Shown here: in pieces, positions 30,465 through 40,208 of the stretch
Layout of the letters: each line of letters opens with the position of its first letter
How positions within the stretch are numbered: the first letter of the stretch is position 1
The notes under the pieces: model-generated
Databases searched by the model: none
Told to the model about the DNA's origin: nothing
Seen by the model: only the letters and a program-made list of their open reading frames with translations
Program-made: the position numbers and the translations under genes
From: an uncultured Candidatus Saccharibacteria bacterium
Lineage (GTDB): Bacteria > Patescibacteriota > UBA1384 > XYA2-FULL-43-10 > 1-14-0-10-43-13
Length of the DNA stretch: 64,000 nucleotides
Direction of reading: 5' to 3'
NCBI GenBank assembly: GCA_964364265.1
Contig: CAYILA010000005.1
Span: 6,418 to 70,417, forward strand

Positions 30465-31717
30465 CTAATTGATTGTTTTCTTCTTTTAATTAACTGCCAG
30501 ATTTGCAGACCCAATAGTATCAAAAGCAAAGATCCAAGTATAATCGCAATCGTTTTGTAATTTATTGATTTGGTATTGGAGACGACGGTTTTGGCCACGG
30601 ACTCCCGGGAATCCTTGTCTGTTAAGATATGAATCGCTCCGCCGTTGAATTGCGAAATCTCAAAAGTTGTGGTATCGGAAACCGGAGTTAAAACCTTTAG
30701 AAGTTGTCCTTGGATGGAGAGCGTGTATCGGCCGGCAGGGATCGGGAAGTCGATATTGAACTCAAAATTCCCCGAAGAATCGGCGAGAGCCGTCAGCGTC
30801 TTGCCTTCAGGCAAAGTTATTGTCGGTTTCAAAGTTAAATTTGCGGTGTAGCCGGCTTCGGTCTGGCCTGAAATCTTGATGCCGACAACCGTGCCGTCGG
30901 TGATATTATTTTCAAAAGCAGAGGATTTTTTGATTTGAATATCGGAGGGTTTGGAGAGGGTTTCATCGACTTTGGCGTCCGGTTCTTTGATCGTAATTTT
31001 AAAGTGGGTGACTCCGCCCCAACCGTCTCCATTTTGAGCTTTGATGTGGAAATAATAGACGCCGACCGCTTGATTTGGGTAACTTGCCGTGGTGTCGGTA
31101 GAGGTTACTTTGCTTCCGGGATCAGTAGTTGGGTTATGATCGAAAGCGTGGGCAAAACCGGTCACGCCGCTCTCCTTGTTCCAGCTCAAGGCGACGGTCG
31201 TGGCTTCATACGGAGTGTTTTGGTCGGGGTGAGTGGAGGAGGTGACAGTTGGAGATCCAGGCAGGGAAAGGGCGCGGTTGATTGTAAAACTGCTTCCGCC
31301 GGCCCCGGTTGCAACGACAACACCGGCATTTTGAAGGGCAACTCCGGAAACATTAACAGCTCCGCTCCCGACCCCGGTTGCTTTAAGTTTGATCGTTGCT
31401 ACGGTGAAAGAGGTCTTTTTCTCACCAAGAAAGGCGCCAGTGAAAGTGGCCCCGTTAGCGGGCGCCACAATCCAGGTGGCGCTTCCGGCTGAAAATGAGG
31501 TGATCGAAACATTGCCTGAAACCGAAATGTATCCTTTGACCGTATCAAAAGTAGCGCCGCTTGCCACTACCGAGATAGTTACAGATTGTCCGACAGTAAT
31601 CGTTTTGCCGCCGGAGGCGTAGATTCCACCAGCCGCAAGAGCACGGGGGATATTCAGCACCAATAGTGTTAATAAGATTATTACTGTAAAAAATCTTTTC
31701 ATTCCACTCCTTAACAA
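30461..31717 (-). CDS. cell-surface protein: signal peptide, cohesin-like beta-sandwich domain, Ig/Fn3-like domains, C-terminal TM anchor
   Basis: Signal peptide (LLTLLVLNIPRALAA). The N-terminal ~140 aa (TITVGQSVTISVVASGATFDTVKGYISVSG...TVATIKLKATGVGSGAVNVSGVAL) resemble type-I cohesin modules. The C-terminus is IAIILGSLLLILLGLQIWQLIKRRK, a TM segment plus basic stop-transfer. Confidence 0.45.
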   Translation of the reverse strand: MLRSGMKRFFTVIILLTLLVLNIPRALAAGGIYASGGKTITVGQSVTISVVASGATFDTVKGYISVSGNVSITSFSAGSATWIVAPANGATFTGAFLGEKKTSFTVATIKLKATGVGSGAVNVSGVALQNAGVVVATGAGGSSFTINRALSLPGSPTVTSSTHPDQNTPYEATTVALSWNKESGVTGFAHAFDHNPTTDPGSKVTSTDTTASYPNQAVGVYYFHIKAQNGDGWGGVTHFKITIKEPDAKVDETLSKPSDIQIKKSSAFENNITDGTVVGIKISGQTEAGYTANLTLKPTITLPEGKTLTALADSSGNFEFNIDFPIPAGRYTLSIQGQLLKVLTPVSDTTTFEISQFNGGAIHILTDKDSRESVAKTVVSNTKSINYKTIAIILGSLLLILLGLQIWQLIKRRKQSIR

Positions 31718-31794
31718 TTAATTGTTCGATTGTCCAATTGTTCGATTGTTGGGAAGCGGCAACAATTGAGCAATGAAACAATTGAGCAATTGAG

Positions 31795-32796
31795 TTATTT
31801 GCCCCACATGTCGGCTAGAATCGAAAGATCGGTGCTATCAACATAACCGTCCCCGTTAAAATCAGCTCCGGTGTTGGCGGTTATATTTTTGTTCCATTGA
31901 TCTGCTAAAACTGAAAGATCGGTGCTATCAATAATGACATCGCTGTTAACATCGCCGGCCTTTCTGGGTGGAGGAGGCGCCGGCGCGGCCGGAGCGACAT
32001 AAATCATCGGATAAGGAGTGCTGATATAAGCTGGAATAGTATAATTTGCCAACCAACCGCCTCTGCCAACTAAGAAAGTATTAATTTCATCAGCCGTCAT
32101 CGGCGAATTATTCAAAAAGTTCGCGTCCGATATTATATTATTTTGGGCGTACTCCCCGCCGTTAGGGGTTGCGCCCCACCAGCTGACCCAGTTTGTATAG
32201 AAAGCTGAATTTGTATCATAGGAAACCAGGTGGGGAGTGTAGGCATACAGAACACGGGTGGCGATGTTGGCGCAGGTAATTATTTGGCCGTCGACAGTAA
32301 TCGGGTCGGCATAAGTGGTGGCGTAGGTTTTGTATAAAATTTGAAAATTGTAGCTTGAATAGGCGATTTGCTGGCCGACACCGCCGAAATTGTAGGAGCG
32401 GAAATAGTAGTTGCTCTCACCGTATCTTGTATCATTACACATAGATTCATCACCGTTCAAACAACCGGCCATTCGCTCATCATACATATAAAACATCGGC
32501 CAGGCGGCAGTAGTTTGGCTCGATGGAGTTGCGCTGGTAACAGCCGAGCTTTCGCGTTGCAGGATTGTTAAAATTAATCTAGGGTTAATATTATGGCCGG
32601 GGGAAGCTTGAGCCGATTCTTCGGCTATCAGGGTTGCTACCGTTTTATTATAAAAAATAGTACTGCCGTTTAGTGCCTGCCAGGCGTCAACATAACCCAA
32701 GACAACTGCGGCCGAGACCCTCAAAGGACCAGAAAAGATCAATCCCAGAAGCATTGTGCTAAAAACGATCGATTGAATTATTCCGGTCTTTTTCAT
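31795..32796 (-). CDS. secreted protein with C-terminal dockerin domain (two Ca-binding repeats)
   Basis: Signal peptide. The C-terminal GDVNSDVIIDSTDLSVLADQW and ADFNGDGYVDSTDLSILADMWGK are canonical dockerin type-I repeats. The encoding DNA also shows the internal duplication (gaaagatcggtgctatcaa twice). The N-terminal domain is unassigned; it contains an LILTILQRESS motif, possibly glycoside-hydrolase or transglycosylase-like. Confidence 0.6.
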   Translation of the reverse strand: MKKTGIIQSIVFSTMLLGLIFSGPLRVSAAVVLGYVDAWQALNGSTIFYNKTVATLIAEESAQASPGHNINPRLILTILQRESSAVTSATPSSQTTAAWPMFYMYDERMAGCLNGDESMCNDTRYGESNYYFRSYNFGGVGQQIAYSSYNFQILYKTYATTYADPITVDGQIITCANIATRVLYAYTPHLVSYDTNSAFYTNWVSWWGATPNGGEYAQNNIISDANFLNNSPMTADEINTFLVGRGGWLANYTIPAYISTPYPMIYVAPAAPAPPPPRKAGDVNSDVIIDSTDLSVLADQWNKNITANTGADFNGDGYVDSTDLSILADMWGK

Positions 32797-33236
32797 TACT
32801 CCCTTCCTCCGGAGGCGTCATTATTGTTGAAAGTATTCTTTTCTAATACGTCCAACTTGCTCTTTAATAGCTCATTTTCAGGATCGACTTTCAGTCCTTC
32901 GTTCACGGTAGCGATTGCGGCCGTTTTGTCACCGCTCAAATATTCGGCCTCGGCTTTCATGGAATAATAATCGGTGGTGTAAGGGTCTTCGGCGATAGCG
33001 TTGTTCATAGTACTGATAGCGTCATCGTAATTCTTGTTGGCGATATCACTGGCTGAATCGGCGATAGGGTCGTTCCGGGAAATTTCAGTGAAACTTTTTT
33101 CTTTCTTGAGCGCGGAAATATATTTATTAAATATAAAATACTCAACACCAATACATGCTAATATAACCACCAACAGAACAAGAACCTTCCTGTTCTTAAA
33201 ATGTAAGGCACTCCGCACAAAAAACTGTCCGGGCAT
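32796..33236 (-). CDS. membrane-anchored tetratricopeptide-repeat (TPR) protein
   Basis: N-terminal TM segment followed by TPR-like helices (AEYLSGDKTAAIATVNEGLKVDPENE). Confidence 0.5.
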   Translation of the reverse strand: MPGQFFVRSALHFKNRKVLVLLVVILACIGVEYFIFNKYISALKKEKSFTEISRNDPIADSASDIANKNYDDAISTMNNAIAEDPYTTDYYSMKAEAEYLSGDKTAAIATVNEGLKVDPENELLKSKLDVLEKNTFNNNDASGGRE

Positions 33237-33310
33237 ATGTTCCTCTCCTAGATTAACCCTATTGTATCACAAAAAAACCATTATTTAACTTAACTAGTTC
33301 AAAATACATT

Positions 33311-34621
33311 CTAGCCGCTCTTTTTAGGATACAATTTTTTCAGAAGGCCGTAGTAGTAAAACTTTGAAGAGTAGGAATGAAATTGGCCCTTCTTAATTTT
33401 TATAATTGGGATTTTGTCCTCTTCAATCAAGAGAGCCAATTTGGTCAGTAAATTATCCCAGATGAATTCTGATTTGACTGCGGCGATATTCTTCCTAAAC
33501 TTTTCTGATAATTTTTTATCGTTAGCCAGTTTTAAGATAGCGGCTTCGATTTCATCTGGTTTTTCATAATCAACCACAATTCCAAGTTGGTTTTCCTCTA
33601 CAAATTCAGCCAGGCAGTCGCCTTTGGTTAAAATCATCGGTTTTTCGGCCCACAAATAGTCCAAAATCCTGGTTCGGAAGGAAAAGAAGGTTTCAATGTT
33701 GTCGAAATGGGTTGAGACACAAGCATCGGTGCGACAGAGGAAGCCGACTCTTTTTTGGTAGGGTGTCCAATCAAAATTGAAAAATACCGACTCATCAAGG
33801 AGATTTTTATCCTTAGTATATTCCAATGATTTGGCCGCCATCTCCATTTCTTTTACTTTTGGATTGGGGTGACGCATTCCCAGAAAGAAAAGCTTAATAT
33901 CGTTCCTTCGTTTTGCGATTTTCTCAACCGATTTGATAACAGAGAGGGGATCAAACCAATTCCAAACTCCGCCGCCCCAATAGAGGACAAAATCACTCTT
34001 TTTGATCTGGGGAAATCTCTCTTCCATTATCCGGATATTACTCGGCTTGGGATTTTCTTTTGGAAAACCGAAGGGAAGAAGGGAAATTGTACTGTCAAGA
34101 TCAAGACCGTTCTGCCAGGACAGCTTCTTAATTCCATATTGTGCCATCAGATCAAGATAAAGCTCGCGTTGTCGTTCCGAGGCGCAGAGTATATGGTCGG
34201 AAGCCGAGAGTTGAAGAAGAAGGAGATAAAATTGAAAATTATAGACGATATTTCGATAGGCCGGCCGGTCGTATTTCAAGTACTCCATCACCTCGATAAT
34301 CAGAGGGTCATAGAGATCGGCGATAAATTTAATTCCGGCTCGTTTGACTTTCCAGAGTAGAAACGGGCGGAGCGATTGGGCGACGACATAATCGCAGCCG
34401 CTCAAATTCGGAAAAATAGTACTGGTCGACTTGGAGGAATCATAAGTCCTGAAATTGATTTCCGGATGATTGCCAGCCAAGTCGGATGATTCAGGGACAA
34501 GAAGTATGACATCGTAATTCCTTGAGAGGACCTTCGCCATCTCGAAATAACGGATTCCCGGTCCGGCCATGCTTTTACCGACTTTGTCGTTGCAGATGAG
34601 AGCTATCCTTTTTTTCGGCAT
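33311..34621 (-). CDS. glycosyltransferase family 1 (GT4-like)
   Basis: 436 aa. N-terminal RIALICNDKVGKSMAGPGIRYFEMAKVL and the overall GT-B layout (weak). Confidence 0.55.
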   Translation of the reverse strand: MPKKRIALICNDKVGKSMAGPGIRYFEMAKVLSRNYDVILLVPESSDLAGNHPEINFRTYDSSKSTSTIFPNLSGCDYVVAQSLRPFLLWKVKRAGIKFIADLYDPLIIEVMEYLKYDRPAYRNIVYNFQFYLLLLQLSASDHILCASERQRELYLDLMAQYGIKKLSWQNGLDLDSTISLLPFGFPKENPKPSNIRIMEERFPQIKKSDFVLYWGGGVWNWFDPLSVIKSVEKIAKRRNDIKLFFLGMRHPNPKVKEMEMAAKSLEYTKDKNLLDESVFFNFDWTPYQKRVGFLCRTDACVSTHFDNIETFFSFRTRILDYLWAEKPMILTKGDCLAEFVEENQLGIVVDYEKPDEIEAAILKLANDKKLSEKFRKNIAAVKSEFIWDNLLTKLALLIEEDKIPIIKIKKGQFHSYSSKFYYYGLLKKLYPKKSG

Positions 34622-36039
34622 TAGTTGCTCCTTAGGACTTCTTTCAAAGTCGAGATTTTGATAATACCAAAAACGGCAAACAGCAAGGCTTGTATCAGTA
34701 AAGAGAGTAAGATTAGGATGATGAAATTTATCTCGAGTGATTTGAGCGCTATCCCGATGAAGTAGGCGGCGCCGCTGGAGAGAAGGATCAGGAAGACTTT
34801 TCCGAAATCAATTTTATAAGGAATGATTTTCTTAGTGAAATGCAGATTGATGATCAGCAGCAAGAGTTCCGAGAGCAAGGTCACTGTTGCTGCGCCCATG
34901 AATGAATACCGCGGGATCAGTATCAGGTTTAAAATCAGATTGAAGGAGAGTATGAAGGCAGCGACTTTCATCAGGAGGCGCCGTTCATCATTCGCAACTA
35001 AAATTTCACCTAAGAGAGTATCTAGGTAAATCAATGGCAGAGTCGAACCTAACAAGATTAAAGCCGGCGCGCCGGCGGTAAAGCTTTCGTTACTTAAAAA
35101 ATTTATGATCTCACGCGGGAAAAGGGCGCTGATCAATGAGACTGGAACCGAGAGTATCAGCATTATCAGAAAAGATTTCGAAATGAGGTTGGCCATAAAC
35201 TCTTTGTTGCCGATATTGCGGGAGATGACCGGTTTTAAGGAACTGGCGAAATAAGACCCGATGAAGACGGAGACTTCCAGTACCTTGTAAGCGACTGTGT
35301 AGATACCAACTTCGACTGCGCCCTTGACGATGAAGAGGATTAGGGTGTCAATCTTGAAGTAGAGGTTGTTTAAGATGAAGACGATACCCATCGGCCAGGC
35401 CATGTTGAATACCCATTTGGAAACTTTTGCGTTATAGGCCGGAGAGAATTTGATGAACTTCCCTGAAAAGTACCACTTGATTAAGAAAATGACGACTGCA
35501 TAGAGAGGGATTGTTGCGACGATCAGCAGGAAATCACCCGACAACCTGATTATGACAAACAAAGCGGCAATGGAAACCAGTTTGCTAATAAATTCAGCTA
35601 GAGCGGAGAATTGCATCTTGAGCCGGGTCTGCAGGACCATATCGTAAACCGATGACATCAGGTTGAAAAGGACATAAACCGATGCGACCAGCGTACCCAG
35701 CTTAATATGGGGGTCGTAATCGGTAAAATAGACTATTAAGACCGAGCTGACCGCTGCGATCAAAGCGGTGATGAAACGAAGATAGAAAACATTTGAGATT
35801 ATTCTTTTTTCGTCTTGGGGATTTTTCGCAATTTCGCGGACAGTTACCGAGAATAGGCCCAGGTCGGCTATGACGATGAAGAAATTTATATAAGTCGTGA
35901 TGGTGTTGTACTCGCCGGTACCGGCCGGTCCTAGAAAGTTTGTGATCAGTTTGACCGAAACCAAAGTAAAAATGAGCGTTACAAAACGCACTAAAACTTG
36001 GGAAACAGTATTTAAAAAAATGTCTCTCTTTTCGCTCAT
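34621..36039 (-). CDS. wzx: oligosaccharide/polysaccharide flippase (Wzx, MOP superfamily)
   Basis: 472 aa, ~12-14 TM helices, N-terminal architecture typical of Polysacc_synt/MATE-like flippases. Confidence 0.7.
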   Translation of the reverse strand: MSEKRDIFLNTVSQVLVRFVTLIFTLVSVKLITNFLGPAGTGEYNTITTYINFFIVIADLGLFSVTVREIAKNPQDEKRIISNVFYLRFITALIAAVSSVLIVYFTDYDPHIKLGTLVASVYVLFNLMSSVYDMVLQTRLKMQFSALAEFISKLVSIAALFVIIRLSGDFLLIVATIPLYAVVIFLIKWYFSGKFIKFSPAYNAKVSKWVFNMAWPMGIVFILNNLYFKIDTLILFIVKGAVEVGIYTVAYKVLEVSVFIGSYFASSLKPVISRNIGNKEFMANLISKSFLIMLILSVPVSLISALFPREIINFLSNESFTAGAPALILLGSTLPLIYLDTLLGEILVANDERRLLMKVAAFILSFNLILNLILIPRYSFMGAATVTLLSELLLLIINLHFTKKIIPYKIDFGKVFLILLSSGAAYFIGIALKSLEINFIILILLSLLIQALLFAVFGIIKISTLKEVLRSN

Positions 36040-36140
36040 TTTAACCTATCAATTTTGATGTTATTGTACCTGAAAAATACCTATTCGCCAAGCGCTTGGA
36101 ATAAGTTGCAAGAAAGAATATAATAAGGAGCGAATATTAA

Positions 36141-37442
36141 TTGTACCGGGATTTTATGTTGGGGAAAATCGCACTAATCAAAGAAACTTACCTTCTGTAT
36201 TTAATCATAGCGTTGTTTTTCTTGTTGCCATATGAGCGGATTCCCAGCTATGAATTGGCAGGGTATACTATTAAACTTAGTTATATTGTTGCCCTTATTT
36301 TAATTCTTGTTTCTTTGCCGCGCTTTATTTCCGTATTTTCTAAATTGAAACTTGGTACTAGCGACAAGGCGCTATTATCCTTTTGGCTGGCGGGCTTGTT
36401 TTCGATACAATTTTCCCCGGATCCCGGAAAATCATTTGTGGTTCTTGCCCTATGGCTTTTTATGATTATTTTGTATCTCTTGATTTCGCGGTATTTGAGC
36501 GACAGGATAGTCAGGGAAAAAGCGATTACCGCTCTTCTGATTACAACAGCTATCGTGATTGTCTTCGGTCTCTATCAATTTATCGGCGATTCTTTGGGTC
36601 TTCCTCAAAATCTTACCGGTCTTCGAAATGAATACCTAAAAACAATTTTTGGTTTTCCCAGAATCCAATCTGTTAATCTTGAACCTCTTTATTTCGGTAA
36701 CTTTCTGTTTGTTCCGTTTTTTTTGGCCGCTTCCCGCTATGTCGAACAGAAGAAACCTATTGGGGCTTATTGGTGGCTGTTGGTCGGTATATTAATAAAT
36801 GTTATCCTGGGAATTTCTCGCGGTGTCTATCTGGCCCTAGCCGTTTCCTTGGTCGCGTATCTTGTCATTTTGATACGAAGATTCAAGGCCGGACGCCAGG
36901 TGACTGGAATTATACTAGCTGTCGTGGCCGCTGTTGCAATCTCACTTTCTTTGATTGCTGGTTTGGATGGCAAAGCGGCTCTCCGCAACTTTCTTGGACA
37001 CGCCCAAGTCAATGATGTTAGTACTGGCGAGTCGATTCCTTCCCGGGTCAACAACTACGAGATTGCCGGTCAGTTAATCGTTTTAAAACCTATCTTTGGT
37101 CACGGACCGGGTTCATATGCCGTCAAAGCGCCGCAAATTTCAAATTTTCCCTGGCTTAGCAAAATAGTAAACAACGAATATTTTGAATTAATAGTTGAGA
37201 CCGGATTTATCGGCCTCTTCCTCTTTCTGCTTTTTATACTCACCGCTTTCAATGAGGTCGCCACAAGATACCGGATAACAAAAAACCAAGAAAATAAGGG
37301 TACAATCCTGGCCTTGATTTGTGGAGCGGCAGCTATACTGATTCAATATAATTTCTTTTCCACTCTCTACATTATTTATATTTGGGTTTTTTGGGCTTTA
37401 ATGAAATCATTTGCCGTGACCGGAGAATCGCTCGATGAATAG
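36141..37442 (+). CDS. O-antigen ligase/polymerase family membrane protein (Wzy/WaaL-like)
   Basis: Multi-TM with a periplasmic loop bearing IFGHGPGSY, typical of the O-antigen ligase (Wzy_C) family. Confidence 0.55.
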   Translation: MYRDFMLGKIALIKETYLLYLIIALFFLLPYERIPSYELAGYTIKLSYIVALILILVSLPRFISVFSKLKLGTSDKALLSFWLAGLFSIQFSPDPGKSFVVLALWLFMIILYLLISRYLSDRIVREKAITALLITTAIVIVFGLYQFIGDSLGLPQNLTGLRNEYLKTIFGFPRIQSVNLEPLYFGNFLFVPFFLAASRYVEQKKPIGAYWWLLVGILINVILGISRGVYLALAVSLVAYLVILIRRFKAGRQVTGIILAVVAAVAISLSLIAGLDGKAALRNFLGHAQVNDVSTGESIPSRVNNYEIAGQLIVLKPIFGHGPGSYAVKAPQISNFPWLSKIVNNEYFELIVETGFIGLFLFLLFILTAFNEVATRYRITKNQENKGTILALICGAAAILIQYNFFSTLYIIYIWVFWALMKSFAVTGESLDE

Positions 37443-38940
37443 ATTAAACAAATATCTCCCAGCAGTTTTTGTGATAGGGATTACTCTTGTTTTTCTATTT
37501 TTAAATCTTATCTGGCAAGAAATGGACGCCCGGCCTCCTCATTGGGATATGGGACGACATCTTTACACTAGTTTGAGATATAGGGAATTGTTAACCGGTC
37601 TTCATCTCAAGACCTTTCTGCTAGGTTATTTTTACTATCCACCGTTATATTACTGGGTTTCCATACCAGTGTTTGGGATTTTTGGATTTTCACTTTCTTC
37701 GGCCGTATTTACAAATCTGTTTTTCATGCTGATTTTATCCCTCTCGACTTTTTTTGCAACGAAGAAGCTGTTTAATCAAAATTGGGGGATGTTAGCTTCG
37801 ATTATGATCCTGACCTTGCCCATGCTCTCCGGTCAGTTCAAAGAGTTTCAATTGGACGCCCCCTTGTCGGCCATAGCCGCCTTGGTTCTGGCTCTCACAA
37901 TCTACAATCCTAATTTCTCGAATCGGAAACTCTCAATTTGGCTCGGCCTGTCGGTTGGTTTCGGGATGTTGCTCAAATGGACATTCATCGCTTTTTCCGG
38001 TCCGCTTTTGATTTATCAGATAGTTATTACTATAAAGAATAAATCAAGAAATTGGTCTAATCTACTTTTATCAATCATCACTACCGCAATCATCTCGGCG
38101 CCATGGTATCTCCACAATTTCAGGCAACTCGGACATGATATTAAAATGGGTGGAATTGGTTCAGCCGTAGCTGAAGGCGATCCGACCGGTTTTGCTTGGA
38201 TGGCATTTACTTGGTATTTTAAGACCTTTTTCGAACTTCATCTTTGGTTTTTGGGAACGGCATTGGCTGCCATTTCGATAATTTTTGTACTCTACAAAAA
38301 AGATTTGAGAAGCAGATTATCACCCTACCTGATATCCGGCGCTTTCGGCTATCTGGCTTTCTTTGTTTTCGCCAATAAAGATGCGCGTTACATTATGCCG
38401 ATTCTGCCGGCTATCGTTATGATTGAAATCGGTTTCCTAAGTTCACTATCCTATTCTTGGCGAAAATTGTTGATACCGTTGATAATAATTTTTAGTTTAT
38501 TTACTTTTTCTGAAACTTCTTTCGGTTGGCCCGTTAATAAATCGGTTGGCTTCAATATCGAAAACTATCATACCAATTTATTTACCGCCGGCAGCTACAC
38601 CGTTTCACCTCCCGATCCGGCCCCATGGTTTTACGACGATATCGTAGCAAAAGCGAAATCGGATGGCGGAGAGGGCAAGTCGATACAGTTCTTAGGGTCC
38701 GATACGATGAACTTCAACCGTTGGGATGTGGCTTATCTTGCCCAAGCCAACGGTCTTATTTGGCCGGGGGAGAATCTGGAACAGATTGATTATGATTACC
38801 TCGTCTATCGTCAAAGTGGTGCGGCAAAATTAGCCGACGAGGTTAGCAAATTGCAACAGTCGGGCTATAATAGTGAAGTAATAGGGAATTGGAGTTTGCC
38901 TGATAAATCAGACGTGTTTCTATTGAAAATAAAAAAATGA
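37435..38940 (+). CDS. GT-C family glycosyltransferase (ArnT/PMT-like, GT39/GT83-like)
   Basis: First loop DARPPHWDMGRHLYTSLRY (DxD/E + R/H motif of ArnT/PMT enzymes), ~11 TM helices and a C-terminal soluble domain. Confidence 0.5.
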   Translation: MNRLNKYLPAVFVIGITLVFLFLNLIWQEMDARPPHWDMGRHLYTSLRYRELLTGLHLKTFLLGYFYYPPLYYWVSIPVFGIFGFSLSSAVFTNLFFMLILSLSTFFATKKLFNQNWGMLASIMILTLPMLSGQFKEFQLDAPLSAIAALVLALTIYNPNFSNRKLSIWLGLSVGFGMLLKWTFIAFSGPLLIYQIVITIKNKSRNWSNLLLSIITTAIISAPWYLHNFRQLGHDIKMGGIGSAVAEGDPTGFAWMAFTWYFKTFFELHLWFLGTALAAISIIFVLYKKDLRSRLSPYLISGAFGYLAFFVFANKDARYIMPILPAIVMIEIGFLSSLSYSWRKLLIPLIIIFSLFTFSETSFGWPVNKSVGFNIENYHTNLFTAGSYTVSPPDPAPWFYDDIVAKAKSDGGEGKSIQFLGSDTMNFNRWDVAYLAQANGLIWPGENLEQIDYDYLVYRQSGAAKLADEVSKLQQSGYNSEVIGNWSLPDKSDVFLLKIKK

Positions 38941-40208
38941 TCAATAAAATCGAAAAAATCTGCGTGCTCATCACCGTCTTCCTGATCCCTTTTTATATAT
39001 TCCGTTTTAATTTCCTTGGAATTCCGTCAAATATTTTTGAGCTCATGGTGGCTGTCTCTGTGGCAATTACTGCCTACAATAAATTCACAAAAACATATAA
39101 TCTGGATTTCAGTTTCCGGTGGGGCAGAATCTGGCCATACCTTTTTATCCTTACCGCTTTGTTTGGGGTCCTAATCGCAGACGACAAAGCAACCGCACTC
39201 GGAATATTGAAGGGCTGGTTCATAATTCCCGTTGCTCTCTATTGGCTGATTCTGAACAATTTTAAGTCAAAAGAGTTGCCTCAGATCTCATTATCATTAT
39301 TCTTATCCGTCATAATCATTTCGGTTTGGGCGATCTTGCAGCGGTCCGGCCTGATAACAACCCTCTTCTACCAAGCGAACGATGCCAATTTCAATCAATA
39401 CCTAGCTCCGACCAATTTCCGTGTTTTCGGACCTTTCGAGTCGCCGAATTATTTGGCGATGTTCTTGGCTCCGGCGCTTACGCTCTCCCTGCCTTCTTTG
39501 CTCCTATTGCGCAAAACGGTGGGCAAGATATTCCTGGTCTTGCTATTCATCCTGCCGCTCTTGGCGATTTATTTTTCGGCTTCGCGGGGAGGGTTGATCG
39601 CCCTGGCCGTAGTTTTGGTCGTAGCATTGTTGCTCTTCTCCGTGAAAAGTTATCTCGGACGGGTTGGCAGGATAGAAGCGAAGCTTATCTTGGGTTTGAG
39701 TTATTCCGTGAAGGCATTACTCACTTTAGGATTTGTCGGGGTTCTTGCAAAGATAATGATGGGTTCTCCCTTCAGCCGTCCCGTATTGGGGACGGATCAA
39801 TCAAGGACGGAGATTTACAAGCAGTCCCTCTTGATGTTGAAAGAGAATTATCTGACAGGTATCGGATTGGGCGGATTCAGGGACAAGATCGAAGTTGCCA
39901 CAGAGAACATGGTTTCATTCCGACAGTTCCTGCTTCCTTACGCGCTCCACCCGCATAATCTCTATTTAGCACTTTGGCTGAATTTGGGTTTGGCCGGAAT
40001 CATCATATTCACCATAATTCTGTACCGTTTTGCGAAGGATGTCCGGAAAATTTCCGGATTGATGCGGTTAGGGTTGATTCTTGCGATGCTTGCGATTTTG
40101 ACTCATGGGATCGTCGATACCACATATTTCAAAAATGATTTGTCGGCGATCTTCTTTCTGACGATCGCCTTATCGCAGGTAGCGGGGAGGGAGAATGAAA
40201 AGGCCTAA
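38937..40208 (+). CDS. O-antigen ligase/polymerase family membrane protein
   Basis: LHPHNLYLALWLNLGLAGIIIF (conserved H..HN.YL motif of the Wzy_C/O-antigen ligase domain) plus multi-TM. Confidence 0.6.
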   Translation: MINKIEKICVLITVFLIPFYIFRFNFLGIPSNIFELMVAVSVAITAYNKFTKTYNLDFSFRWGRIWPYLFILTALFGVLIADDKATALGILKGWFIIPVALYWLILNNFKSKELPQISLSLFLSVIIISVWAILQRSGLITTLFYQANDANFNQYLAPTNFRVFGPFESPNYLAMFLAPALTLSLPSLLLLRKTVGKIFLVLLFILPLLAIYFSASRGGLIALAVVLVVALLLFSVKSYLGRVGRIEAKLILGLSYSVKALLTLGFVGVLAKIMMGSPFSRPVLGTDQSRTEIYKQSLLMLKENYLTGIGLGGFRDKIEVATENMVSFRQFLLPYALHPHNLYLALWLNLGLAGIIIFTIILYRFAKDVRKISGLMRLGLILAMLAILTHGIVDTTYFKNDLSAIFFLTIALSQVAGRENEKA

